Shown one piece after another: positions 48,233 to 61,665 of a DNA stretch of 64,000 nucleotides. A program made the translations under genes and the position numbers. The stretch's first letter is position 1. Each line of letters begins with the position of its first letter. Source of the stretch: Mobula hypostoma. Taxonomy: Eukaryota. The stretch is from the NCBI RefSeq assembly GCF_963921235.1, contig NC_086097.1:255690001-255754000 (forward strand), read 5' to 3'. The notes below the pieces were generated by a model. The model searched no databases. It was given only the letters and a program-made list of their open reading frames with translations, and was not told the DNA's origin.

Positions 48233-50690
48233 TACATAGAAACATAGAAACATAGAAAATAGGTGCAGGAGTAGGCCATTCGGCCCTTCGAGCCTGCACC
48301 GCCATTTATTATGATCATGGCTGATCATCCAACTCAGAACCCAGCCTTCCCTCCATACCCCCTGACCCCTGTAGCCACAAGGGCCATATCTAACTTCCTT
48401 TTAAACATAGCTAATGAACTGGCCTCAACAGTTTGCTGTGGCAGAGAATTCCACAGATTCACCACTCTCTGTGTGAAGAAGTTTTTCCTAACCTCGGTCC
48501 TAAAAGGCTTCCCCTCTATCCTCAAACTGTGACCCCTCGTTCTAGACCTCCCCAACATCGGGAACAATCTTCCTGCATCTAGCCTGTCCAATCCCTTTAG
48601 GATCTTATACGTTTCAATCAGATCCCCCCTCAATCTTCTAAATTCCAACGAGTACAAGCCCAGTTCATCCAGTCTTTCTTCATATGAAAGACCTGCCATC
48701 CCAGGAATCAATCTGGTGAACCTTCTTTGTACTCCCTCTATGGCAAAGATGTCTTTCCTCAGATTAGGGGACCAAAACTGCACACAATACTCCAGGTGTG
48801 GTCTCACCAAGGCCTTGTACAACTGCAGTAGTACCTCCCTGCTCCTGTACTCGAATCCTCTCGCTATAAATGCCAGCATACCGTTCGCCTTTTTCACCGC
48901 CTGCTGTACCTGCATGCCCACTTTCAATGACTGGTGTATAATGACACCCAGGTCTCGTTGCACCTCCCCTTTTCCTAATCGGCCACCATTCAGATAATAA
49001 TCTGTTTTCCTATTTTTGCCACCAAAGTGGATAACTTCACATTTATCCACATTAAATTGCATCTGCCATGAGTTTGCCCACTCACCCAACCTATCCAAGT
49101 CACCCTGCATCCTCTTAGCATCCTCCTCACTGCTAACACTGCCACCCAGCTTCGTGTCATCCGCAAACTTGGAGATGCTGCATTTAATTCCCTCATCCAA
49201 GTCATTAATATATATTGTAAACAACTGGGGTCCCAGCACTGAGCCTTGCGGTACCCCACTAGTCACCGCCTGCCATTCTGAAAAGGTCCCGTTTATTCCC
49301 ACTCTTTGCTTCCTGTCTGCTAACCAATTCTCCACCCACACCAATACCTTACCCCCAATACCGTGTGCTTTAAGTTTGCACACTAATCTCCTATGTGGGA
49401 CCTTGTCAAAAGCCTTTTGAAAATCCAAATATACCACATCCACTGGTTCTCCCCTATCCACTCTACTAGTTACATCCTCAAAAAATTCTATGAGATTCGT
49501 CAGACATGATTTTCCTTTCACAAATCCATGCTGACTTTGTCCGATCATTTCACCGCTTTCCAAATGTGCTGTTATCACATCCTTGATAACTGACTCCAGC
49601 AGTTTCCCCACCACCGACGTTAGGCTAACCGGCCTATAATTCCCCGGTTTCTCTCTCCCTCCTTTTTTAAAAAGTGGGGTTACATTAGCCACCCTCCAAT
49701 CCTCAGGAACTAGTCCAGAATCTAACGAGTTTTGAAAAATTATCACTAATGCATCCACTATTTCTTGGGCCACTTCCTTAAGCACTCTGGGATGCAGACC
49801 ATCTGGCCCTGGGGATTTATCTGCCTTCAATCCCTTCAATTTACCTAACACCACTTCCCTACTAACATGTATTTCGCTCAGTTCCTCCATCTCACTGGAC
49901 CCTCTGTCCCTTACTATTTCTGGAAGATTATTTATGTCCTCCTTAGTGAAGACAGAACCAAAGTAATTATTCAATTGGTCTGCCATGTCCTTGCTCCCCA
50001 TAATCAATTCACCTGTTTCTGTTTGCAGGGGACCTACATTTGTCTTTATCAGTCTTTTCCTTTTTACATATCTATAAAAGCTTTTACAGTCCGTTTTTAT
50101 GTTCTCTGCCAGTTTTCTCTCATAATCTTTTTTCCCCTTCCTAATTAAGCCCTTTGTCCTCCTCTGCTGAACTCTGAATTTCTCCCAGTCCTCAGGTGAG
50201 CCACTTTCTCTGGCTAATTTGTATGCTACTTCTTTGGAATTGATACTATCCCTAATTTCTCTTGTCAGCCACGGGTGCACTACCTTCCTTGATTTATTCT
50301 TTTGCCAAACTGGGATGAACAATTGTTGTAGTTCATCCATGCAACCTTTAAATGCCTGCCATTGCATATCCACCGTCAATCCTTGAAGTGTCATTTGCCA
50401 GTCTATCTTAGCTAATTCATGTCTCATACCTTCAAAGTTACCCCTCTTTAAGTTCAGAACCTTTGTTTCTGAATTAACTATGTCACTCTCCATGTTAATG
50501 AAGAATTCCACCATATTATGGTCACTCTTACCCAAGGGGCCTCTCACGACAAGATCGCTAATTAACCCTTCCTCATTGCTCAAAACCCAGTCCAGAATAG
50601 CCTGCTCTCTAGTCGGTTCCTCGACATGTTGGTTCAAAAAACCATCCCGCATACATTCCAAGAAATCCTCTTCCTCAGCACCTTTACCAA
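48233..50690 (-). mobile_element. Young 5'-truncated CR1 subfamily B
   Basis: (TTTCTATG)n tail at 48233-48260 and an uninterrupted ORF2 remainder. Confidence 0.96.
48334..50690 (-). CDS. CR1 ORF2 remainder, about 785 codons open: C-terminal part of APE plus complete RT domain
   Basis: 802-aa ORF in the track with LDWVL, SDH, NYRPVSLTS, QGSVLGP, KFADD and RPHLEYC. The first ~18 aa come from the adjacent antisense CR1. Expression unknown. Confidence 0.6.
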
Positions 50691-51640
50691 ATGACCTGGA
50701 TGAGGAAGTGGAGGGAAGGGTTAGTAAATTTGCTGATGACACAAAGGTTGGGGGTGTTGTGGATAGTGTGGAGGGCTGTCAGAGGTTACAGCGGGACATT
50801 GATAGGATGCAAAACTGGGCTGAGAAGTGGCAGATGGAGTACAACCCAGATAAGTGCGAAGTGGTTCATTTTGGGAGGTCAAATATGATGACAGAATATA
50901 GCATTAATGGTTAGACTCTTGGCGGTGTGGAGGATCAGAGGAATCTTGGGGTCCGAGTCCACAGGACACTTAAAGCTGCTATGCAGGTTGACTCTGTGGT
51001 TAAGAAGGCGTACGGTGCATTGGCCTTCATCAGTCGTGAGATTAAGTTTGAGAGCCGAGAGGTAATGTTGCAGCTATATAGGACCCTGGTCAGACCCCAC
51101 TTGGAGTACTGTGCTCAGTTCTGGTCACCTCACTGTAGTAAGGATGTGGAAACTATAGAAAGGGTGCAGAGGAGATTTACAAGGATGTTGCCTGGATTGG
51201 GGAGCATGCCTTATGAGAATAGGTTGAGTGAACTCAGCCTTCTTTCCTTTGAGCGACGGAGGATGAGAGGTGACCTGATAGAGGTGTATAAGATGATGAG
51301 AGACATTGTTCATGTGGATAGTCAGAGGCTTTTTCCCAGGGCTGAAATTGGCTGGTGCAAGAGGGCACAGTTTTAACGTGCTTGGAAGTAGCTACAGAGG
51401 AGATGTCAGGGGTAAGTTTTTTATGCAGAGAGTGGTGAGTGTGTGGAATGGGCTGCAGGCGACGGTGGTGGAGGCGGAAATGATAGGGTCCTTTAAGAGG
51501 CTCCTGGATGGGTGTATGGAGCTCAGAAAAATAGAGGACTATGGGTAACCCTAGGTTAATTTCTCAGGTAAAGACATGTTCAGCACAGCTTTGTGGGCCG
51601 AACGGCCTGTATTGTGCTGTAGGTTTTCTGTTTCTATGTA
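50690..51640 (+). mobile_element. CR1 subfamily C 3' fragment
   Basis: [23 protein letters not shown] and a 3' tail. Confidence 0.9.
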
Positions 51641-53770
51641 TTGAGGAAACAGGTAGGATGCAGAAGGACTTAGATTAGTGAAATGGGCAAGAAAGTGACA
51701 AATGAAATGCAAATTTGGAAAATGCATGGTCATGCACTTTGGTAGTAGACATTAACATACAGACTATTTTCTAAGTGAGGAGAAAATCAAGAAACCTGAC
51801 ATGCGAAGGACTTGGGTGTCCTTGTACAGAGCGTGCAGGTTGAGTCAGTGATGAGGAAAGCATGTGCCATGTTAGCATTCATTTCAACAGGTCCTGAATG
51901 CAGTAGCAGGGAAGTGATGCTGAGGCTTTAGAAGGCACAGGTGAGGCCTCACCTTGAATATTGTGAACTGTTTTGGTTCCGTAAATGAAACGGTTACCAT
52001 ACAAGGAACATTTCGTAGCTTTGGGTCTGTACTCGTTGGAATTTAGAAGGATGAGGGGGGTTCTGATTGAAACCTTTTGAATGTTGAAAGGCCTGGACAG
52101 TGAAGATGTGGAAAGGATGTTTCCCATGGTGGGGAAGTCCGGAACAAGAGGGCACAGCCTCAGGATAGGGGGCATCCATTTAAAACAGAGATGTAGAGAA
52201 TTTTATTTTAAGCTAGAGAGTGGTGAATTTGTGGAATTATTACCACATGCGGCTGTGGAGTCCAGGTTGTTCGAGTATTTAAGGCGGAGATCGATAGGCT
52301 CTTAATTGAATATGGCATCAAAGGTTGTGGGGAGAATTCTGGAGAATGGGGAAAAAAGATCAGCCATGATTGAATGGTGGAGCAGACTCAAAGGGCCAAA
52401 TGGCCTAATTCTGCTCCTGTGTCTTATGGTCTTTATGTTTGCTTTGATTTCTCTTATTTGCCACAGTTGTGTCATCTTGTCTTTAGAATACCTCTTCCTC
52501 TTTGCAATGGATATATCCTGTGCCTTCCAAATTGCTTCCAGAAATTCCAGTTATTACCGTTCTGCCATCATCCCTGACACGGTATTTTCCAATAAATTTT
52601 GGCAAACTTATCTCTCATGCCTTTGAAATCAACTTTATTCTGCTGTAATATACATCTGACTTTAGTTTCTCCTTCTCAGATTTCCTTCTGAATTCAATCT
52701 TATTATGATCACTTTCCCTTAAGCTCTCTAATCAATTCTGGTTCATTCCACAACACCCCATCCAGATTAGCTAGTGGGCTCAACTGCGATCTGCTCTAAG
52801 AAGCCATTTTGTAGGCATTCTAGAAATTTCCTCTCTTGGAATCCAGCACTAACCTAATTTCCCTTTTTTACCTGCATATTGAAATCCCTCATGAGTATTG
52901 TAACATAATCCTTTTGGCTTGCCCTCCTGTTCAGTCGTCACCCTGAATCAGATCGGAATTTGTATACTTATTATTGAGGGGAATGACCACAAGGTACTCT
53001 GCACTAGCTCGGCATTTCCCCTCCTTCTTCTTACAGTTACCCAGCTACCTGTCCCCTGCAATCAAGGGTCACCACTTCCCTGTAACTCCTGTCTATTACC
53101 TTCTCATTCTCCCAGAGCCTTAATATGTTCTCTCAGGAGCTGCAGGTGAGAATTTTAGCTAAGAATTTATGGAAAATTATAACTGGAAATATCCACTGAG
53201 CAGAAAGATATGGATGAAGAAAGGAAAAACTGAGAAAAGGAGTAGCCCATTCTTCGCTTCGTGTTTGCTATGCTACTCGGGACCATGTTTGACTTCCTAG
53301 GTCTGCACCATTCTTACTAACCTAGTTCCCCACCATAAGATGTAGGACGAGAATGAGGCCAATCAGCCCATTGGGTCTGCTCCGCCATTCCATCATGGCA
53401 GATCCCCGTTCCCACTCAACACCATACACCTGACTGCGCCATATCCTTTGATGCCCTGACGAACAGGAAACAATCACATTCTTACTTAAGTATACCCATG
53501 GACTTCGCCTCCACTGCAGTCTGTGGCAGAGCATTCCACAGTTTCACTACACTCTAGCAAAAAAAAAACCTCCTTACCTCTGTCCTAAAAGGTCGACCTC
53601 AATTTTGAGGCCGAGGCCTCTAGTCCTGAATGCCCCCACATAGAAAATATTCTCTCCACATACACCCTATCTAGTCCTTTCAACATTTGGTATGTTTCAA
53701 TGAGATTGCTACACGTTCTTCTAAATTCCAGTGAGTTGCAGGCCCAAAGCTGCCCAACGCTCCTCATATC
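51641..53770. mobile_element. Mosaic of decayed CR1 fragments: + 51641-52435; - 52435-53150; - 53330-53770
   Basis: Residual CR1 RT, APE and ORF1 motifs, with 3' tails. Confidence 0.75.
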
Positions 53771-54061
53771 TTGATGTGGCAATGTCATGGTAATCGTGGG
53801 AGATTTTAACATGAAAGTGGATTGGGAAAACCAGGTCAGTACTGAATCTCAAGGGACAGAATTTGCAGAATATCTAAGGGATGGCTTTTTAGAACAGCTT
53901 GTTGTTGAGCCCACTAGGGGATTGGCTGTGCTGGATTGGGTGTTGTACAATGATCCGGAAGTGATAAGAAAGCTTAAGGTTAAGGAACCCTTAAGGAACA
54001 GTGATGACAATATGATAGTGTTCACTTGGAAATTTGAAAAGGAGAAACTAAATTCCAATGT

Positions 54062-54579
54062 AGAAACATCGAAACATAGAAAACCTACAGCACAATACAG
54101 GCCCTTCAGCCCACAAAGTTGTGCCAAACATGTCCCTACCTTAGAAATTACTAGGATTACCCATAGCCCTCTATTTTTCTAAGCTCCATGTCCCTATCCA
54201 AAAGTCTCTTAGAAGACCCTATCGTATCCACCTCCACCACCATTGCCGGCAGCCCATTCCACGCACTCACCACTCTCTGAGTAAAAAACTTATCCCTGAC
54301 ATCTCCTCTGTACCTGCTCCCCAGCACCTTAAACCTGTGTCCTCTTGTGGCAGACAGTTCAGCCCTGGGGAAAAGCCTCTGACTATCCACATGATCAATG
54401 CCTCTCATCATCTTATACAACTCTATCAGGTCACCTCTCATCCTCTGTCGCTCCAAGGAAAAAAGGCGGAGTTCACTCAATCTGTTTTCATAAGGTATGC
54501 TCCCCAATCCAGGCAACATCCTTGTAAATCTCCTCTGCACCCTCTCTATGGCTTCCACATCCTTCCTGTAGTGAGGCGA
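54062..54579 (-). mobile_element. CR1 subfamily C 3' end insertion
   Basis: 7-bp TSD CCAATGT at 54055-54061 and 54580-54586. Confidence 0.9.
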
Positions 54580-55529
54580 CCAATGTGTCGGTATTTTAGT
54601 GGAATAAAGGAAATTACAAAGGCATGAGAGGGGAACTGGCCAAAGGTGACTGGAAAGGGACACTAGCAGGAAGGAAAGCAGAGCAGCAATGGCTGGAGTT
54701 TCAGTGAAAAATGAGGGATGTTCAAGACAGATATATTCCAAATAAGAAGGACACTAGCGTGGCTGACAAGTGAAGTCAGAACCAAAGTAAAAGCAAAAGA
54801 GAGGGCATAGAAGGAAGACAAAGCTAGTGGGGAAAATAGAGGATTGGGAAGCTTTTTAAAACTTGCAGAAGGAAACTAAGAAGGTCATTAGGAAGGAGAA
54901 GATGAATTATGAAAGGAAACTGGCAACTAATATAAAAGAAGATACTAAAAGCTTTTTTAAGTACTGTATATAAAGGGTAAAAGAAAGTGGAGGGTAGATA
55001 TAGGAGCAATAGAAAATGACACTGGAGGTATTGTAATGAGAGACGTGGAGATGGCAGAGGAACTGAATGCGTATTTTTCATCAGTCTTCACAGTGAAATA
55101 CATCTGCAGTATACCGGACATTCAAGAGTGTCAAGGAAGTGAAGTATGTGCAGTGAAAATTATGACAGAGAAGGTGCTCAGGAGGCTTAATGGTCTGAGG
55201 GTGGATAAATCTCCTGGACCTGATGGAATGAACCCTTGGGTTCTGAAGGAAGCAGCTGGAGAGATTGAGGAGACATTAACAATGAGCTTTCAAGAATTGA
55301 TAGATGACTGGAAAATTGCAAATGTTACTCTCCTATTTAAGAAGGGTGGGAGGCAGCAGAAAGGAAACTATAGACCTGTTAGCCAGACATCAGCGGTTGG
55401 GAAGTTGTTGGAATTGATTGTTAGGGATGAGATTATGGAATACCTGGAGGCACATGACAAGATAGGCCAAAGCCAGCATGATTTTCTGAAAGGGAAATAC
55501 TGCCTAACTAACCTACTCATGAGGAAATT

Positions 55530-57468
55530 TTCAGATACTGGAAATTCAAGCCACACACACAAAATGCTGGTGGAACACAGCAGGCCAGGCAGCATCTCTA
55601 GGAAGAGGTACAGTTGACGTTTCAGGCCGAGACCCTTTGTCAGGACTAACTGAAGGAAGAGCTAGTAAGAGATTTGAAAGTGGGAGGGGAAGGGGGAGAT
55701 CTGAAATGATAGGAGAAGACAGGAGGGGGAGGGATGGAGCCAAGAGCTGGAAAGTTGATTGGCAAAAGGGATACAAGGCTGGAGAAGGGAGAGGATGATG
55801 GGCCAGGAGGCCTAGGGAGAGAGAGAAAGGGGGAGGGGAGCACCAGAGGAAGAGAGGGACATAGGGAGAAAAAAGAGAGAGAAGGAAAGGGGGAAAATGA
55901 AATAGATAGATAGTTAGATAAATAAATAAATAAACAAAAAAACAAACAAACAAATAAGGGATGGGGTACAAAGGGGGAGGTGGGGCATTAGTGGAAGATA
56001 GAGAAGTCCATGTTCATGCCATCAGGTTGGAGGCTACCCAGATGGAAGATAACGTGTTGTTCCTCTAACCTGAGTGTGGCTTCATCTTGACAGTAGAAGA
56101 GGCCGTGGATAGACATATCAGAATGGGAATGGGATGTGGAATTAAAATGTGTGGCCACTGGTAAATCCTGCTTTCTCCGGTGGACAGAGCGTAGGTGTTC
56201 AGCAAAATGGTCTCCCAGTCTGCGTCAGGTCTCGCGGAAGCTGCGGAGAATTATATGTTGGACCCGGAGGCTGATGGGGTGGTACGTGAGGGCAAAGGGA
56301 ACCCTATCCCTAGTGGGGTGGCAGGAGGATGGGGTGACCGGAAGAAGCTGCAGAAGGTCATGAACACAGCCCAGCACATCACACAAAGCAATCTTCCATC
56401 CTTGGACTCACTTTACACCGTACGCTGTCGGAGCAGTACTGCCAGGATAATCAAGGACATAACCCACCCAGCCAACACACTTTTCGTCCCTCTTCCCTCC
56501 GGAAGAAGGCTGAGGAGCTTGAAGACTCGTATGGCCAGATTTGGGAACAGCTTCTTTCCAACTGTGATAAGACTGCCGAACGGATCCTGACCCGGATCTG
56601 GGCCATACCCTCCAAATATCTGGACCTGCCTCTCGGTTCTTTTGCACTACCTTACTTTCCATTTTCTATTTTCTATTTATGATTTATAATTTAAATTTTT
56701 AATATTTACTATCGATTTGTACTCCAGGGAGTGCGAAGCGCAGAATCAAATATTGCTGTGATGATTGTACGTTCTAGTATCAATTGTTTGGTGACAATAA
56801 AGTATAAAGTATAAAATATATATGGAAGGTCTCACCGGGAGCACCGGACGCAGTATATCACCCCAACCAACTCACAGGTGAAGTGTTGCCTCACCTGGAA
56901 GGACTGTCTGGGGCCCTGAATGGTGGTGAGGGAGAAAGTGTAAGGGCATGTGTAGCACTTGTTCCGCTTACAAGGATAAGTGCCAGGAGGGAGATCAGTA
57001 GGAAGGGATGGGGGGGATGAATGGACAAGGGAGTCGTGTAGGGATCGATCCCTGCGGAAAGCAGAAAGGGGGCGGGAGGGAAAGATGCGCTTGGTGGTGA
57101 GATCCCGGTGGAGGTGGTGGAAGTTACGGAGAATAATATGTTGAACCTGGAGGCTGGTGGGGTGGTAGATGAGGACAATGGGAACCCTATCTCTTGTGGG
57201 GTGGCGGGAGGATGGAGTGAGAGCGGATGTGCATGAAATGGGAGAGATGTGTTTGAGAGCAGAGTTGATGGTGGAGGAAGGGAAGCCCCTTTCTTTAAAA
57301 AAGGAAGACATCTCCTTCTTCCTGGAATGAAAAGCCTCATCCTGACAGCAGATATGATGGAGCCAGAGGAATTGCGAGAAGGGGAAGGCATTTGTGCGAG
57401 AGACAGGGTGGGAAGAGGAATAGTCCAGGTAGCTGTGAGAGTCCGTAGGCTTATAGTAGTCACTATAG
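55530..57468 (-). mobile_element. Penelope-like element, partial: RT C-terminus/GIY-YIG region and pLTR
   Basis: FFKERGFP, LIYHP, GTYPC...C.TC, FTCE..GVIYCVRC. The pLTR holds a hammerhead-like motif at about 55612-55647 (core mutated to CTGACAA). Confidence 0.88.
56338..56815 (+). mobile_element. Rex1/Babar 3' end nested in the Penelope element
   Basis: KKLQKVMNTAQHIT...HPAN.LF.PLPSGRRLRS...NSFFP. Tail 'aataaagtataaagtataaa'. Confidence 0.85.
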
Positions 57469-60052
57469 GCTTACTGCATTTTTTGAGGAAATTACAAGTG
57501 GGGTAGACAAAGGAGATGAAGTAGATATGGTGTACTTGGATTTTCAGAAGGTCTTTGACAAGGTGCCATACATGAGGCTGCTTAGCAAGATAAGAGCCCA
57601 AGGAATTACAGGGAAGTTAATAGCATGAGTGGAGCTTTGACCGATCAGCAGAAAGCAGAGAGTGGGAATAAAGGGATTCTATTCTGGCTGGCTGCCGGTT
57701 ACCAGTGGAGTTCCATAGGGGTCGGTGTTGGGACCGCTGCTTTTTTACGATGTATGTCAATGATTTGGACTACGGGATTAATAGATTCTGTGGCTAAATT
57801 TGCCAATGATACAAAGATAGGTGGAGGAGCAGGTAGTGTTGAAGAAATAGAGAGTCTGCAGAGAGAGTTGGATAGTTTAGGGGAATGGGCAAACAAGTGG
57901 CAAATGAAATACAATAATGGAAAGTGTATGGTCATGCACTTTGGTGGAAGAAATAAATAGGAAAATATTATTTAGATGGGGAGAGAATTCAAAATACAGA
58001 GATACAAAGAGGCTTGGGAGTCCTTTTGCAGGATTCCCTAAGGGTTAACCTCCAGGTGGAGTCGATGGTGCAGAAGGTGAATGCAATGTTGGCATTAATT
58101 TTTAGAGGTGTAAAATATAAGAGCAGAGATGTGATGTTGAGGCTCTGTAAGTCACTCGTGAGACCACACTTGGAGTATTGTGTGCAGCTTTGGGCTCCTT
58201 ATTTTAGAAAGGATATACCGACATTGGAGAGGGTTCAGAGAAGATTCACGAGAATGATTGCAGGAATGAAAGGGTTACCGTATGAGGAACGTCTGGCAGC
58301 TCTTGGGCTGTATTCCCTGGAGTTCAGAAGAATGAGGGGGGATCTCACAGAAAGATTCCGAATGTTAAAAGGCCTGAACAGATTAGATATGGTGAAGTTA
58401 TTTCCCATGGTAGGGAAGTCTCAGACGAGAGTGCACAATTTCAGGATTGAAGGACGTCCACTTAGAACTGAGATGCGGAGAAATTACTTTAGTCAGAGGG
58501 TGGTAAATCTATGGAATTTATTGCCATGAGTGGCTGTGAAGGCCAAGTCATTGGGTGCATTTACGGCAGAGATAGATAGTTTCTTGATTAGCCAGGGCAG
58601 CAAAGGGTATGGGAAGAAGGCAAGGGAGTGGAGATGACTGGAAGAATTGGATCAGCCCATGACTGAATGGCGGAAAAGACTCAATGGGCCGAATGGCCTA
58701 CTTCTGCTCCTATATCTTATGGTCTTATGGTCTTATGGAGTTGGAGAAAGTAGTAGCAGAGGTACTTAATGAATATTTCGCTTCAGTATTCACCAGGGGA
58801 AAAGACCCTGGCAATTGTAGAGCTAGCTTACAGCGGACTGAAACGTGAGCATATAGACACTAAAAAAGGGAATTTGCTGGAGCTTTTGAAAAGCGTCAAG
58901 TTGGATAAGTCACCAGGACCGGATGAGATGTACCCCCAGGCTACTGTGGGAAGTGAGGGAGGAGATTGATGAGCCTCTGGCGATGATCTTTGCATCATCA
59001 CTAGGGATGGGAGAAGTAACCGGAGAATTGGACGGTTGCAAATGTTGTTCCCTTGTTCAAGCAAGGCTAACCCAGGAAATTATAGACCAGTGAGTCTTAA
59101 TTCAGTGGTGGGTAAGTTGTTGGAGAAGATCCTGAGAGGCAGGATTTATGTGCATTTGGACAGACATAATCTTATTAGGGATATTCAGCATAGCTTTGTT
59201 AAGAGCAGGTCGTGCCTTATGAGCTTGATTGAATTTTTTTGAGGATGTAACAAAACACATTGATGAAGGTAGAGCAGTGGATGTAGTGTATATGGATTTC
59301 AGTAAGGTATTTGATAAGGTTCCCCATGCAAGGCTCATTCAGAAAGTAAGGAGGCATGGGATCCAAGGAGACCTTGCTTTGTGGATCCAGAATTGGCTTG
59401 CCCACAGAAGGCAAAGGGTGGTTGTACATGATTTGTGTTCTGCATGGAGGTCAGTGACCAGTGGACTTCTGCAGGGATCCGTTCTGGGACCCCTCCTCTT
59501 TGTGAATTTTTATAAATGACCTGGACGAGGAAGTAAAAAGGTGGATTAGTAAATTTACTGATAACACAAAAGTTGGGGGGGGGGGGTTGTGGATAATTTG
59601 AAGGGTTGTCAGAGGTTACAGCAGGACATTGAAAGGATGCAGAACTGGGCTGAGAAGTGACAGATGGAGTTCAACCCAGATAAGTGTGAAGTGGTTCATT
59701 TCAGTAGGTGAAATTTGAAGACAGAATATAATATTCATGGTAAGACTCTTGGCAGTGTCGAAGATCAGAGAGATCTTGAAGTCCGTGTCCATAGGACACT
59801 CAAAGCTGCTGTACAGGTTGACAGTGTTGTTAAGCCATATAGTGTGTTGATCCACATCAACTGTGGGATTGAGTTCAAGAACCATGAGGTAATGTGACAG
59901 CCTTGATTCAACCTCGTTTGGAGTGCTGTGTAGAGTCTGGTCACCTCACTACAGAAAGGTTGTGGATACTATAGACAGAGTGCGGGAGAGTTTTACAAGG
60001 ATGTTGCCTGGATTGAAGAGCATGGCTTATGAGAATAGATTGAGTGAACTTG

Positions 60053-61249
60053 AAGCAACACACATCAAAGTTGCTGGTAAACGCAGCAGGCCAGGCAGCA
60101 TCTATTGGAAGAGTTTCAGTTGACGTTTCAGGCCAAGACCCTTCGTCAGGACTAACTGAAGGAAGAGTTAGTAAGAGATTTGAAAGTGAGAGGGGGAGGG
60201 GGAGATCCAAAATGATAGGAGAAGACAGGAGGGGGAGGGATGGAGCCAAGAGCTGGACAGGTGATTGGCAAAGGGGATATGAGAGGATCATGGGACAGGA
60301 GATCCGGGGAGAAAGACAGGGGGGGAAACCCAGAGGATAGGCAAGGGGTATAGTCAGAGGGACAGAGGGAGAAAAAGTAGAGTGAGAGAAAGAATGTATG
60401 TATAAAAATAAATAACGGATGGGCTACAAGGGGGAGGTGGGACACTAGCGGAAGTTAGAGAAGTTGATGTTCATGCCATCAGGTTGGAGGCTACCCAGAC
60501 GGAATATAAGATGTTGTTCCTCCAACCTGAGTGTGGCTTCATCTTTTACAGTAGAGGAGGCCATGGATGGACATGTCAGAATGGGAATGGGACATGGAAT
60601 TAAAATGCGTGGCCACTGGGAGATCCTGCTTTTCTGGCGGACAGAGCGTAGGTGTTCAGCAAAGCGGTCTCCCAGTCTGTGTCGGGTCTCGCCAATATAT
60701 AGAAGGCCACATCGGGAGCACCGGACGCAGTATATCACCCCAGCCGACTCACAGGTGAAGTGTCGCCTCACTTGAAAGGACTGTCTGGGGCCCTGAATGG
60801 TGGTAAGGGAGGGAGTGTAGTGGCATGTGTAGCACTTGTTCCGCTTACAAGGATAAGTGTCAGGAGGGAGATCAGTGGGGAGGGATGGGGGCAGGGGGCG
60901 GTACGACGAATGGACAAGGGAGTCGCGTAGGGAGCGATCCCTGCGGAAAGCAGATGGGGGGGGAAGGAAAGATGTGCTTAGTGGTGGGATCCCGTTGGAG
61001 GTGGCGGAAGTTGCGGAGAATAGTATGTTGGACCCGGAGGCTGGTGGGGTGGTAGGTGAGGACCAAGGGAACCCTATTGTTAGTGGGGCAGCGGGAGGAT
61101 GGAGTGAGATCAGTTAGTCCTGACGAAGGGTCTCGGCCTGAAATGTCGACTGAAACTCTTCCAATAGATGCTGCCTGGCCTGCTGCATTTACCAGCAACT
61201 TTGATGTGTGTTGCTTGAATTTCCAGCATCTGCAGAATTCCTGCTGTTC
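60053..61249 (-). mobile_element. Penelope-like element with inverted pLTRs and 10-bp TSD
   Basis: GIY-YIG: GVIYCVRCSRCGLLYIGETRHRLGDRFAEH. About 107-bp inverted repeats at 60053-60159 / 61110-61216. TSD AGTGAACTTG at 60043-60052 / 61250-61259. Confidence 0.92.
61116..61151 (+). ncRNA. Minimal hammerhead ribozyme motif, with a mirror copy at 60118-60153 (-)
   Basis: AGTC-CTGACGA-AGGGTCTCGGCCT-GAAA-TG-TC-GACT: stem I, core, stem II, GAAA and a GUC cleavage triplet. Confidence 0.7.
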
Positions 61250-61665
61250 AGTGAACTTGGCCTCTTCTTCTAGGAGAGATGGGGATGAGCAGTGAACTGA
61301 TAGAGCTGTATAAGATGATGAGAGGCATTGATCGTGTGGATAGTCAGAGGCTTCTTTCCAGGGCTGAAATAGCTAACACGAGTGGGCATAGTTTTAAGGT
61401 GCTTGGAAGCAATACAGGGGGCATGTCAGAAGTATGATTTTCACACAGAGAGTGCTGGGTGCGTGGAATGCACTGCCGGTGACAGTGGTAGAGGCAGATA
61501 TAATAGGATCTTTTAAGAGACTCTTAGGAAGGTATGTGGAGCTTAGATATGTAGAAGGCTATGCAGTAGGGACACTCTAGGCAGCTTCTAGAGTAGGTTA
61601 CATGGTCAGCACAACACTGTAGGTCGAAGGGCCTGTAATGTGCTGTAGCTCTCTATGTTCTATGA

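Larger units (their letters stand above)
53775..58740 (+). mobile_element. CR1 subfamily E-like ORF2, split by a CR1 (54062-54579) and a Penelope element (55530-57468)
   Basis: VGDFN...; CLTNLL|(H)FFEEIT resumes at about 57470. (TCTTATGG)n tail. Confidence 0.88.
58745..61665 (+). mobile_element. CR1 subfamily C-like ORF2, decayed, split by a Penelope element
   Basis: RT motifs at 58769-60050, resuming at 61250. Tail 'tctatgttctatg'. Confidence 0.88.

Noticed and set aside
48334..50742. Bacterial retron, group II intron or DGR reverse transcriptase system
   Set aside because: The RT is CR1-type (APE-linked, FADD, RPHLEYC) with a LINE tail and has no prokaryotic gene context.
60053..61249. 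DNA transposon or MITE, because of terminal inverted repeats plus TSD
   Set aside because: The interior encodes a Penelope GIY-YIG region, and the repeats match the pLTR of the other Penelope copy at 55545-55655.
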